NCBI GenBank assembly: GCA_902384455.1
Contig: CABMCB010000068.1
Coordinates: 1 to 59,292, forward strand
Reading direction: 5' to 3'
Origin: an uncultured archaeon
Lineage (GTDB): Archaea; Altiarchaeota; Altiarchaeia; IMC4; SCGC-AAA252-I15
DNA length: 59,292 nt
Notes under the pieces: generated by a model
The model's database searches: none
What the model saw: the letters and a program-made list of their open reading frames with translations, nothing else
Told to the model about the DNA's origin: nothing
Shown here: one piece after another, positions 48,666 through 56,933 of the stretch
Layout: the number at the start of each line of letters is the position of its first letter
Numbering within the stretch: the first letter of the stretch is position 1
Translations under genes and position numbers: made by a program

Positions 48666-48770
48666 TGTTTGGGTGGGGTGGGCGTTCCTGGGGTCCTGTC
48701 GCGTACCCTGTAGGACCTGAGCCCTTCAGGAGGAACAACCTACTGCCAGGCTGGCCCGCCCCCTCCCAAC
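48666..48770 (-). ncRNA. Structured RNA or 5' leader
   Basis: Starts at predicted +1 of TTGACA-17-TATCAT; closing stem plus three hairpins. Confidence 0.55.
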
Positions 48771-48875
48771 AAAACCATGATACCACGTCCCCGGCCTGCT
48801 GTCAAGGGTTATTAGCCCTTGAATTCCGGCTCCTGGCTTTCCATGCTGTAACCCAAAACCTCCCCCTTTCCCGGA

Positions 48876-49091
48876 CTATTCCCAGTCCGTGTCATGCAAG
48901 GCCTCACGAACGGCCTTGACAATGGCTTTCTCGTCGAATAGGATATCTTCCAGGTATTCGACCCGCACCCCGCGCCGTCCGTCCGCATCCGCCCCATAGG
49001 CGGGGTCCACGGTTTTGGTGGCTTTGGCTTCGAAGGTGAATTCTTTCCCGTTGGGTAGTTCGATGGTGAATTCAGCGGAGACTTGCGGCAT
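48876..49091 (-). CDS. Early hypothetical protein
   Basis: ATG 49091 after AGGGGG; DPAYGADADGRRG. Confidence 0.7.
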   Translation of the reverse strand: MPQVSAEFTIELPNGKEFTFEAKATKTVDPAYGADADGRRGVRVEYLEDILFDEKAIVKAVREALHDTDWE

Positions 49092-49155
49092 GGTCGGCCC
49101 CCTGTGTCGTTCAACGTGAGAACATATTACCACGGGGGGCCGGACCTGTCAAGGG

Positions 49156-49473
49156 TTACTTGAGGGCCTTAAGGGCCTTATCCACGGCCACCCGGAAGGT
49201 GTCCACGTCCACCCAGGCCCCGCCGTTGAAAGAAACCTGCAATTTGTCGTTTTCGGGGTTGAGGCGGAAAGACCCCAGGTTAGCCAAGGTGCCGGGGTTG
49301 TTGCTCCCGCCCGTCACGGCCACCTCGATGATGTCTTGCCCCGCCACCTCGTGGGCCTCGACACGGGCCCCCAGGTTCCAGCCCCGGACGTGGCCGGAAA
49401 GGCCGCTTTGCTTGGTGCCCATGCGTGTTGCTTGCCCGCGATTGCCTTGCATGCTCCCGTAGAATTGCGCCAT
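49156..49473 (-). CDS. Early hypothetical protein
   Basis: MAQFYGSMQGNRGQATRMG; own promoter and RBS. Confidence 0.75.
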   Translation of the reverse strand: MAQFYGSMQGNRGQATRMGTKQSGLSGHVRGWNLGARVEAHEVAGQDIIEVAVTGGSNNPGTLANLGSFRLNPENDKLQVSFNGGAWVDVDTFRVAVDKALKALK

Positions 49474-49582
49474 GACTTGCCCCCTTGCGTTTCGGTATCT
49501 GCTACCGTGAAAACATTATATCACGTTTTAAGGGATTGTCAAGGGCCTTGCGGGGTTGGGGTGGGTTGGGCTATAATCTTGC

Positions 49583-49618
49583 AAAAAAAGGCCCCTAGCG
49601 TGTAAACTAGGGGCCTTT
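49583..49618 (-). terminator. Intrinsic terminator
   Basis: AAAGGCCCCTAG...CTAGGGGCCTTTTTTT. Confidence 0.85.
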
Positions 49619-49638
49619 GGGTAGGGCTTGGGCGGGGC

Positions 49639-49971
49639 TTACTTGGCCCGCTTCTTTAGTTCGGCCTTGACGGCCTTAGCCAAGGGGCCGCACCACGTGG
49701 AAGCGTTGCAGGTGAAATAAAGGACGATTGACGCCCCGCTGTCCATGCCGTAGGTGTCCTTGACGTTTTCCAGGTCAAGCATTGCGTCAAGGTAGGGGGC
49801 CGCTGTGGGGTGGATGCGCCCGCCTTTCCAGTTCTTTTTGTCAGCGTACACCAGCCCCGCGATTTCCCGGATGGACAGGCTGTCCAGTTTGGGAAGGGTT
49901 AAGGGCGTCTCAGACACTACGCGCCCCTGTGGGCTTTTCTCGTCCACCACGGCCACGATTAAATCCCCCAT
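49639..49971 (-). CDS. Early hypothetical protein
   Basis: ATG 49971; AAPYLDAM...YGMDS...VLYF..NASTW. Confidence 0.75.
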   Translation of the reverse strand: MGDLIVAVVDEKSPQGRVVSETPLTLPKLDSLSIREIAGLVYADKKNWKGGRIHPTAAPYLDAMLDLENVKDTYGMDSGASIVLYFTCNASTWCGPLAKAVKAELKKRAK

Positions 49972-50078
49972 GCTATGCCCCCTTGTGTTCAGCGTGATAA
50001 CATCATAACACAAAATAAAAAATAGTCAAGCGTTATTTTATTCTTGACACGCAGGCGGGACCGTGGTATCATGTTGTT

Positions 50079-50184
50079 AGTAGGCCACAAGGCCGGGGGA
50101 GGTACTCGTACACCTTAACAACGGATATCGTTTTTAGTCCCCCAAAATAAAAAGCCCTCGACCCTTGACAGGTCGGGGGCTTTT
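50079..50184 (+). ncRNA. Small RNA copy 1
   Basis: TTGACA-17-TATCAT promoter, terminator at 50147-50184, no start codon after GGAGG, homologous to 51584. Confidence 0.6.
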
Positions 50185-50199
50185 GTGCTACGTTGGCCG

Positions 50200-50538
50200 T
50201 TACTTGGGGGCCTTCGTCACCACCACCTTGAGCGATTCCACGGGGAAGGTGTTGATGAGTTTCTTGGCTTTCAGCAGGTCTTCACCGAATTCCCGGATGG
50301 TTTCCTCCAGGCTGATGGAATCCCGGTCGTAGGACGTCACCACGGCGGACAGGCCGTCCACGTCCATGGTGCGGCTGTCGCTCTTCTCACCCTTCACCTT
50401 GGGGATGCCCCGGACCTCGATTTCCTCCAGGATGACGGCCTTGAGTTCCGCCTTGCGCTTCTCGGCCTTGGTGAAGGCCGAAGCCACCTGCCGGTACTCC
50501 GCCAGCACCTTCTTGATGTCCGCATTCGCCGTTGCCAT
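50200..50538 (-). CDS. Early hypothetical protein
   Basis: Own promoter, AGGGGG RBS. Confidence 0.7.
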   Translation of the reverse strand: MATANADIKKVLAEYRQVASAFTKAEKRKAELKAVILEEIEVRGIPKVKGEKSDSRTMDVDGLSAVVTSYDRDSISLEETIREFGEDLLKAKKLINTFPVESLKVVVTKAPK

Positions 50539-50773
50539 ACACTACCCCCTGACTACTGGATTCGGTCACTGTCGACCGTGAAAACATGATATCACGTCAT
50601 TACTGGATTGTCAAGGATTGAATTTCTTTTTTAATTGTGTTAATCTCATTCCACGAATCTATATCAATTTGCTTCCACCCCTCCAACACGCGCAGGCGCA
50701 ACCGCAGGAATTCCAGGCGGTGGGCTTTCTCGTCTATGGCAGGTTGGGCGGTGGGTTTGGGGGTTCTCACGGT

Positions 50774-50977
50774 TCAGGCCTTGCCCACGGTATACCACTT
50801 GGAAACGTGGGCATTATAGTCGTCGGTGCCGGGGATGAGGTCGGGGCGCGTGTCCTTGACGTATTCCTCAAGGAACGTATTGCAGGCTTGCAGGGTATCG
50901 AGGCCAAAGATAACTTCGGATGCCCCCTCGTATACCCGGTACCCCCCTGCCGTTTTCTTCTTGCCCCTGTACCGCAT
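50774..50977 (-). CDS. Early hypothetical protein
   Basis: Own promoter, GAGGAGG RBS. Confidence 0.65.
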   Translation of the reverse strand: MRYRGKKKTAGGYRVYEGASEVIFGLDTLQACNTFLEEYVKDTRPDLIPGTDDYNAHVSKWYTVGKA

Positions 50978-51135
50978 GGCCCCCTCCTCGACTACTGGAC
51001 TACTGACATATTACCAGGATAGGCCCCTCTTGTCAAGGGCCTTGACGGCCTTGCGGTTGTATGCTTTCTTGGAGCCCTTAACCTTGGGGGTTGTCTTGAT
51101 ACCCCAGACACGGCGGGCCCTGTCTTTGGCCTTGA

Positions 51136-51477
51136 TTAGTATGCGGTCGTGGGGCATTCCAGGCCAAGCCCTTTCAGGATTCGCCGGTAAACCTCGGCCT
51201 TGGACATGTAATAATCATAATGCTGTTCGCCGGGCCGGAAGTTCGTCCACATGTTGGCGGACACGTTGCGGGTGATATCCAGGGTGAGGGTGCCGGGTAT
51301 GCGGTAATAATCCATGAAACCGGCCCGGCTATAGTGGGCGATGAAGCCCGAGGCGAGGTACAGGAAATTGTACCCCGTGGAATTCAGAGCGGTGATGTCG
51401 TTGCAGGCCTTCAGGACATTGGCCACAATGCGGTCTTGCATGGCCTTGGTCAACGGAAGAATCGGCTTGTTTGGCAT
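51136..51477 (-). CDS. Early hypothetical protein
   Basis: YNFLYLASGFIAHY; own promoter and RBS. Confidence 0.75.
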   Translation of the reverse strand: MPNKPILPLTKAMQDRIVANVLKACNDITALNSTGYNFLYLASGFIAHYSRAGFMDYYRIPGTLTLDITRNVSANMWTNFRPGEQHYDYYMSKAEVYRRILKGLGLECPTTAY

Positions 51478-51583
51478 GTTGCCCCCTTGTGTTCAGCGTG
51501 GATACATAATACCGCATTACTAGACTACTGTCAATATAATTTATTTTGTTGACAGGCTGGGGGTGCCGTGGTATTATGGTGTC

Positions 51584-51695
51584 AGTAGGCAATGCGCCGA
51601 GGGAGGTACTCGTATACAATAATAACGGATAACGATTTTAGGACCATATAAAAGGACGCCCCCACCACCCCAGGGGGCCGGGATGGTGGGGGCTG
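51584..51695 (+). ncRNA. Small RNA copy 2
   Basis: TTGACA-17-TATTAT promoter; homologous to 50079; followed by GCCCCCACCA/TGGTGGGGGC hairpin. Confidence 0.6.
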
Positions 51696-51737
51696 AATTC
51701 CAGTGGACGAGGGGGCCCGTCCATGGTATCCTGTAGG

Positions 51738-51929
51738 CTAGACCGTGGCGCGATGCGCGGCCCGGAAGGCCCGGGTCACCAACCGACGGCGGGCCGGGGT
51801 CCAATGCTGGGCCTTGAGGCCCAAGGTGGCGAGGATGGCCAGTTCCCGGAGGATATTCCCCGTGCGCTTGAGACGGCGCTTGGTGGTGGTGGCTTTGGCG
51901 AGGTAGTAATTCCCCGGACACTTTTTCAT
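51738..51929 (-). CDS. Basic early hypothetical protein
   Basis: ATG 51929 after AGGGGG. Confidence 0.55.
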   Translation of the reverse strand: MKKCPGNYYLAKATTTKRRLKRTGNILRELAILATLGLKAQHWTPARRRLVTRAFRAAHRATV

Positions 51930-51994
51930 TCTCAACCCCCTAAGGTGGTTTGTCCTTCCCATCACCTACATACTACCACACTACTGGACTACTG

Positions 51995-52729
51995 TCAAGC
52001 CTTTTCGAGGAGGGTCAAGGCGGGGTCCACCACGAATCCCGAGGTATCCTTGCGGGCCTTGCCCTTGGCAATGAGGCCCACAATGGCCCCCTGATAGCCT
52101 TCCTCGAAACGGAGGTCGGTCTTATCCCCGTTCAAGACCTTGCGGCCCAAGAATTCCTTGGGTAGGCTCTTCCCACGGAAGACCACGGCGACATTGATAC
52201 CGGCCTCAAGGGCCCGCATCACGTCCACCATATTACTCTCGGACCTGGAAAATGTCAAGTGGTAATTCGCCACTTGGTTTTCCAGGGCTTTCTTGATATC
52301 CTTGGTGTAGTCGTAGAATTGAATATCGGGGAAGGCCTCAAAGACGGTCTTTCCCTGATAGGGGCGGAAAGCCCCAAAATTGATGTCGGACGTGCCATTG
52401 AGGCGGACGAAAGCCTTCTTACCCGTCCGCAAGGCGGACCGTTGCAGGGCTTCCAGTTCCTCGAAAAGGGTTTGGAAAAACAGGTCCTTGTTCTTGAACC
52501 ACAAGGCGGTTTTCCTCAACCGGCCCTTGATGACAGGGGCCATGACACCCCGGCCCGCTGTGAAAAGGCAGGATTCCTTGCATCCTTGGGAAGCGAACGG
52601 GCAAAGGTTGCCCATACCGCTTTGTTTCTCCGGGGTCAGGTACAGGATAGACCCCACATAGCCCCCCTTGGCTATGCTCTTGGCGGTCTTGTAGTTCTTG
52701 CTTGCGGCTGATAGGACGTTGTCGGCCAT
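51995..52729 (-). CDS. Gene product 88 (GP88)-like Cys-motif protein
   Basis: LCPFASQGCKESCL, VRLNGTSDI, FYDYTK, YHLTFSRSE, GDKTDLRF. Confidence 0.8.
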   Translation of the reverse strand: MADNVLSAASKNYKTAKSIAKGGYVGSILYLTPEKQSGMGNLCPFASQGCKESCLFTAGRGVMAPVIKGRLRKTALWFKNKDLFFQTLFEELEALQRSALRTGKKAFVRLNGTSDINFGAFRPYQGKTVFEAFPDIQFYDYTKDIKKALENQVANYHLTFSRSESNMVDVMRALEAGINVAVVFRGKSLPKEFLGRKVLNGDKTDLRFEEGYQGAIVGLIAKGKARKDTSGFVVDPALTLLEKA

Positions 52730-52829
52730 GCCTTGCCCCCTTGTGTTACTTGCAACGTGGATACATAATAACACAAGCCCACGGATTGTCAATCATAATC
52801 CGAGGGCTTGTATTTCAGGCTTGGCCGTG

Positions 52830-53072
52830 CTACCTTGAGGATAACCGCACCTTTCTCTTTTCCTCCCTCTTCCCATCCCTCAGAATGACCAGCCGCTGCA
52901 GGTCCATGAGGTCTTGCAGGCCGAGTTGTATCTCCAGGCACGTGCTCTCGATGGCATGCCTCTTGGGGCCCGAGGACAGAATACGAGCGTCCCTCTTGGC
53001 CTTGGAAACCATCTTGAAAACCTCAGTGTAGGCCTCCAATTTGTTCCCCGCTTCCAGAACCAAGCTCTTCAT
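52830..53072 (-). CDS. Hypothetical protein
   Basis: AAGGAGGT RBS, own promoter. Confidence 0.65.
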   Translation of the reverse strand: MKSLVLEAGNKLEAYTEVFKMVSKAKRDARILSSGPKRHAIESTCLEIQLGLQDLMDLQRLVILRDGKREEKRKVRLSSR

Positions 53073-53260
53073 GCTTGACCTCCTTGCAATGATGAATCAT
53101 CCTACCACAGCCCCCTCCCTCCGTCAAGGGGCTTGACAACCCCCCACCCCGTGTGCTATACTGGAGGTTTGGCCATTATTATTCACGACTACTGGACTAC
53201 TGAGCCTTGTCAAGAAACTAATCACTTGACTACCGGACTACTGTGTGGTACAGTGGGGCC

Positions 53261-53449
53261 ATGGATAAAAGCCGCTGTCATAAAACCGAAAAGCCTGACC
53301 CTTCCTATGCGGCCCATTTGAGGCTCCTTCGTAAGCATTGGGAAGGAAAGTTGGAATACGCTAAGCAACACGACTATGAGGGAGTAGACTTGCCCCAAGG
53401 TGTTATTCAAGGCCTTTCAATAGCCATCACCCTCCTCGAACAAGGCTAA
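53261..53449 (+). CDS. Hypothetical protein (leaderless)
   Basis: TTGACT-17-TACAGT with ATG 7 nt later. Confidence 0.55.
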   Translation: MDKSRCHKTEKPDPSYAAHLRLLRKHWEGKLEYAKQHDYEGVDLPQGVIQGLSIAITLLEQG

Positions 53450-53632
53450 CCCCCTCCCCCTCAAGAGGTACCCCCACCCCCCCCACTGGACTACTAGACT
53501 ACTGAGCCCCCTTACGTGTGCGAGGGGACAGAGGGAGCACGGACAGGGGAATACTGGACTACTGGGTTGTCGTGTAAATTATTAAGCCCATAAAACCAAG
53601 GTATTACTGGACTATTGAGAACCCATCAATAA

Positions 53633-53686
53633 TGTAAAATTTTTTTACATGTAAAGGGACCTTACACAGTGTAAAGTTCTAATACA
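53633..53686. repeat. Three tandem TGTAAA-N5-(T/C/A)(T/A)TACA boxes
   Basis: 53633-53649, 53650-53666, 53670-53686. Confidence 0.65.
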
Positions 53687-53761
53687 CCCTACCAGTCAAC
53701 CCCCCAGTCCCTTTTATGATTGACTGGGAGTACCCGACTACTGTATCCTGGGACTACTGAG

Positions 53762-54068
53762 TTATTTGTCGAGGTAGAATGAGCACAGGAAGCAAGCGAC
53801 CATGACCACAAGGGATGTACAGTAGTAGATGGTCTTGGAGACGTTGCCTTTTTCGGAGTGGTATTTGGCCATTCCCATGCTATAGACCACCATCAGAACC
53901 ATCAAAGTCTTCAAGTCAATCCTCCTGGTGGGGTTTGGGTTCCCACTGTTGGCATGGGCCAAGGATGTCGTTCTCGGCCTCTTCCTCGGCCTTACGCCCG
54001 GAGTAGCCCAGGGAGAGGTAATGCTGGATACGCTCGGCAATGAGTTCTTCTTGGGCTCCCCGTGGCAT
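53762..54068 (-). other. Two small ORFs (53916-54068; 53762-53914 membrane peptide with TTG start)
   Basis: Promoter at 54126; AGGGGG and AGGAGG RBSs. Confidence 0.5.
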
Positions 54069-54129
54069 GTACTACCCCCTACCCTTAGGATGACTACAGC
54101 GTACCAGGGAAAGGGTGAAGTGTCAAGTA

Positions 54130-54309
54130 TTACTTGACTACTGATTTTCCCTTGTATTTCACACACGGACGTGGTATGATGCCCCTGCGGCATTGTACCT
54201 TGCTCTTCCTCTCGCACCCTACGGCCTCATGGGGGTCGCTCCCAGTGCAGAACCTGCAATGGGAGGACCTTTTATCGGTGTCGGGGCAGATGTATGGGGT
54301 CTTGGGCAT
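54130..54309 (-). CDS. Cys/His-rich small protein (59 aa, not in ORF track)
   Basis: TAATG coupling; YICP...C..C....PH....C...PCVKY. Confidence 0.6.
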   Translation of the reverse strand: MPKTPYICPDTDKRSSHCRFCTGSDPHEAVGCERKSKVQCRRGIIPRPCVKYKGKSVVK

Positions 54310-54821
54310 TACTTACCCGGGTAGGCCACGGCCCATAGTTTCTCACCGATGGCCTGCAGGGGGGCCGAAATGCCGTCGTTGTCCTTGTCCAGGGCGTCCA
54401 GGCAGTCCACCAGGGCCTTGCATTCCTCCTTGGTGAGGAGTACCGTGGTGGGGGCAGGCTTGGGGGACTTGACGGCCTTGAGGGTCACGGTCACGGTATG
54501 GCCCCCGTCGTCGGTGTCGACCAAGACGTAGTCCTCGGAGGGCTTGCGGAAATAATCCGTGTCCTTCAGCACCTGGGACCACTGCTCCTTGAACAGGTAG
54601 CAGGGGTCACCCACGTACACGCCCGTCTGGGTCTTGACAAGGCCCTTGGCCTCGCCATACCCGCGCACCTTGAGGGTGGCGTTCACGGGGCCCTTGGCGT
54701 CGATGTAGGTACACGTGGGATAGAACGAGGTGGGCCGGTATTTGCCCTTGTACTTGGCGATGAATTCCTTCGAAACCACCGCCACCATCCCCGCATCCAC
54801 CGGCACGTCCGTGAGTCTCAT
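54309..54821 (-). CDS. Hypothetical protein
   Basis: ATG 54821 after GGAGG; VDAG and VGDPCY motifs. Confidence 0.7.
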   Translation of the reverse strand: MRLTDVPVDAGMVAVVSKEFIAKYKGKYRPTSFYPTCTYIDAKGPVNATLKVRGYGEAKGLVKTQTGVYVGDPCYLFKEQWSQVLKDTDYFRKPSEDYVLVDTDDGGHTVTVTLKAVKSPKPAPTTVLLTKEECKALVDCLDALDKDNDGISAPLQAIGEKLWAVAYPGK

Positions 54822-54911
54822 GTATGCCTCCCCTATTAGGATGACTATATAATATCCGATTTTATTGTTACTGTCAATACACATTAAACGAATTTAATAT
54901 GTAATATAATA

Positions 54912-54947
54912 AATAAAAGGCCGTGCGGAGGGGAACCGCACGGCCTT
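54912..54947 (-). terminator. Intrinsic terminator
   Basis: AAGGCCGTGCGG-loop-CCGCACGGCCTTTTATTT. Confidence 0.85.
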
Positions 54948-54978
54948 GACCTGCGTGGGTTGGGGTGTTATGATGCCC

Positions 54979-55218
54979 TTACTTCAACCCCTCCACCATG
55001 CTCAAGCGGGTGGCCTTGGGCCAGTTCTCCGCCCGCGCAACCACGCGCCTGATGGCCCGGTTGATGTCGCCCTTGTCGGCGTCACAGATGTACCGGGGGA
55101 CCGAGGAACCCTTGCCGGTGTCTTTATCCCGGCTGAATTCCGTGTGGTCGAAGGACAAATTGCCCTTCTTGGTCTTGCAGATGTAGCACTGCTTGACCTC
55201 GTCGTTCGCATTCGCCAT
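54979..55218 (-). CDS. Zn-binding hypothetical protein
   Basis: CYIC...ICDAD; GAGG RBS. Confidence 0.65.
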   Translation of the reverse strand: MANANDEVKQCYICKTKKGNLSFDHTEFSRDKDTGKGSSVPRYICDADKGDINRAIRRVVARAENWPKATRLSMVEGLK

Positions 55219-55301
55219 GGCAGACCTCTCAGGTGGTGTTGTCGACTACTGACCCAGTATATCCTACCTGGGTCAGTATGTCAACCCCTGGGACTACCAG
55301 A

Positions 55302-55754
55302 CTACTCGAATTTCCGGGCCTTCACCAGCTCGTCCAGGGTCCAGCGGCGCACCAGCTTGGCCTGGGACAGGTCCTTCATGCCCCAAGGGGTGGAGTACAC
55401 CTCGACCCCGAAGTCCTTGGTGATGCGGTAGGCGAACTCGATGTCCCCGTGCCACTGGGTGTCGATTCCGTGGGACAGGAAATCCTGCTTGAACTTCCGG
55501 TTGGCGTAGGCCGGGTCGTTGGGGTAGGACTTCTTCATCTTGCGGTTGAAGGCCTTGCGGTCGGTCACGTCGTCCTGGATGAGGGTGGCCGACAAGTGGG
55601 CCGTCAGGTACGCTGGGTCCCACCCTCGTCCATCCTCGAAGGCGGGCAGAAGCTTCTTGAGTGTCGGAAGCACCCCCGAAGGGTACCCGTCGCAATGCTT
55701 GTACACCTTGGCCTCCTCGTTCTCCTCGACCACTAACTGGCACCGAGTGCTCAT
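55302..55754 (-). CDS. Phage protein with YxHxDGYP motif
   Basis: VYKHCDGYPSGV...HGDIEFAY. Confidence 0.75.
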   Translation of the reverse strand: MSTRCQLVVEENEEAKVYKHCDGYPSGVLPTLKKLLPAFEDGRGWDPAYLTAHLSATLIQDDVTDRKAFNRKMKKSYPNDPAYANRKFKQDFLSHGIDTQWHGDIEFAYRITKDFGVEVYSTPWGMKDLSQAKLVRRWTLDELVKARKFE

Positions 55755-55868
55755 GTCCTTCCCCTTTTCCCCTGTATTATCAACGTGAGAGCATAATACC
55801 TGAATATCCTGCCGCTGTCAATATATTATTTTGGCTTGACAAGGGAATATATTTCGAATATATTGGGG

Positions 55869-56000
55869 GTGTAGTGAGCGGCGCAAGCCGTTAGTCTGGC
55901 TGGGGTCTATCCCCTAACCCGGGAGAAAGCCCTTTACTGCGAAAGCTTTAAGCCACGTAGGGAGCACAGCCTTGGAATCGTGGCCTCACTACGCTTTTAT
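55869..56000 (+). ncRNA. Multi-branched structured RNA
   Basis: TTGACA-17-TATATT; closing stem GTAGTGAG/CTCACTAC; GCAA and GAAA tetraloops; U-rich tail. Confidence 0.65.
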
Positions 56001-56019
56001 TTCATAGGGGAGGTTGTTC

Positions 56020-56325
56020 ATGCCGGAGCCATTCAAAATCAACGGCAAGCATGCCTGCTACGTGGCATTGCACAACGGCATCGGTTTGGTGGTCGAGGGT
56101 GAGCAAGGCTACCACCCCGTGTGCGAGGGCTATAGTGGCCCCAACACCATGAAGGCCTACCAGGACTGGGTGGACGAGCGCAACAAGAACCTGGGCGTGT
56201 CCGAGGAAGACGCCAACGCCCTCCACATCGGGTCCATGATGGGCTGGGATGTCCCCGGCGCGGGGCGCTTCCGCCAGGGGTACAAGTGGCCGGTACCCAT
56301 CACCCGCACACCATGCCGCGCCTGA
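56020..56325 (+). CDS. Hypothetical protein
   Basis: GGGAGG RBS; GSMMGWDVPGA. Confidence 0.7.
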   Translation: MPEPFKINGKHACYVALHNGIGLVVEGEQGYHPVCEGYSGPNTMKAYQDWVDERNKNLGVSEEDANALHIGSMMGWDVPGAGRFRQGYKWPVPITRTPCRA

Positions 56326-56344
56326 GTACTTGACGAGCGCTTGA

Positions 56345-56500
56345 CTACTGAGGCCTCTTCCTGCGGGGAGAGGCCTTTTTATTTGTCTTTTTTACTTGAC
56401 GGGTACTTGACAGTTCTCCGCGAGAGGCCTTTACGTAGGCCTCCTCGATTTCCTTGGCAACTTCTTTGCGGTATTGACTTCTCGTATCGAAGACGTACAT
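56345..56500 (-). CDS. Small basic hypothetical protein
   Basis: GGAGG RBS, ATG 56500. Confidence 0.5.
   Translation of the reverse strand: MYVFDTRSQYRKEVAKEIEEAYVKASRGELSSTRQVKKTNKKASPRRKRPQ
56351..56384 (+). terminator. Intrinsic terminator
   Basis: AGGCCTCTTCC-TGCG-GGGAGAGGCCTTTTTATTT. Confidence 0.8.
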
Positions 56501-56591
56501 GGCACCCCTCCCAGTGTATCCAGTATACACAATGTCAAGTTTAATGTCAAGAATACTTGACTACTGAGGATTTATTTGATAGAGTGTTTTA

Positions 56592-56903
56592 ATGAAAATA
56601 TGTCCCTTAGCCTCCACCTGTAAAAGCACCTGCTACCACAAGCAGCCCCATCAGCGTACGGGCAGCTCTTGTGATTTTGGGGTATCCGACCTATCAAGGT
56701 GCCAGCCTTGTATTGAATATACAGGCGATGTTCAGAATCAGCAGGCTACTCAGGCACCCGCTGTACCAGAGGACCAGCAGTACATTTGCCCCAAGCTGGA
56801 GTGCAGTGAACGAAAAGGCTGCAACCACGCTAACCCACACTCCGAGCGTACAGCCTGCCATTCTTTTGACAGGAAAAGCTGTGTTCCGTGTATCTTTGCT
56901 TGA
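56592..56903 (+). CDS. Cys/His-rich two-repeat protein (leaderless)
   Basis: Two ICP...C...C.H..PH...C...C.PCI units; TTGACT-17-TAGAGT. Confidence 0.7.
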   Translation: MKICPLASTCKSTCYHKQPHQRTGSSCDFGVSDLSRCQPCIEYTGDVQNQQATQAPAVPEDQQYICPKLECSERKGCNHANPHSERTACHSFDRKSCVPCIFA

Positions 56904-56933
56904 CTTACTGATTATTTTATAGTATAATACACC

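Larger units (their letters stand above)
47090..55822 (-). promoter_or_regulatory. Array of about 17 sigma-70 consensus promoters, roughly one per gene
   Basis: TTGAC(A/T/G)-17/18-TAnnnT with -35 boxes near 47118, 47639, 47868, 48805, 49152, 49542, 50029, 50614, 51036, 51534, 51998, 52792, 53127, 54126, 54877, 55284, 55821. Confidence 0.85.
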
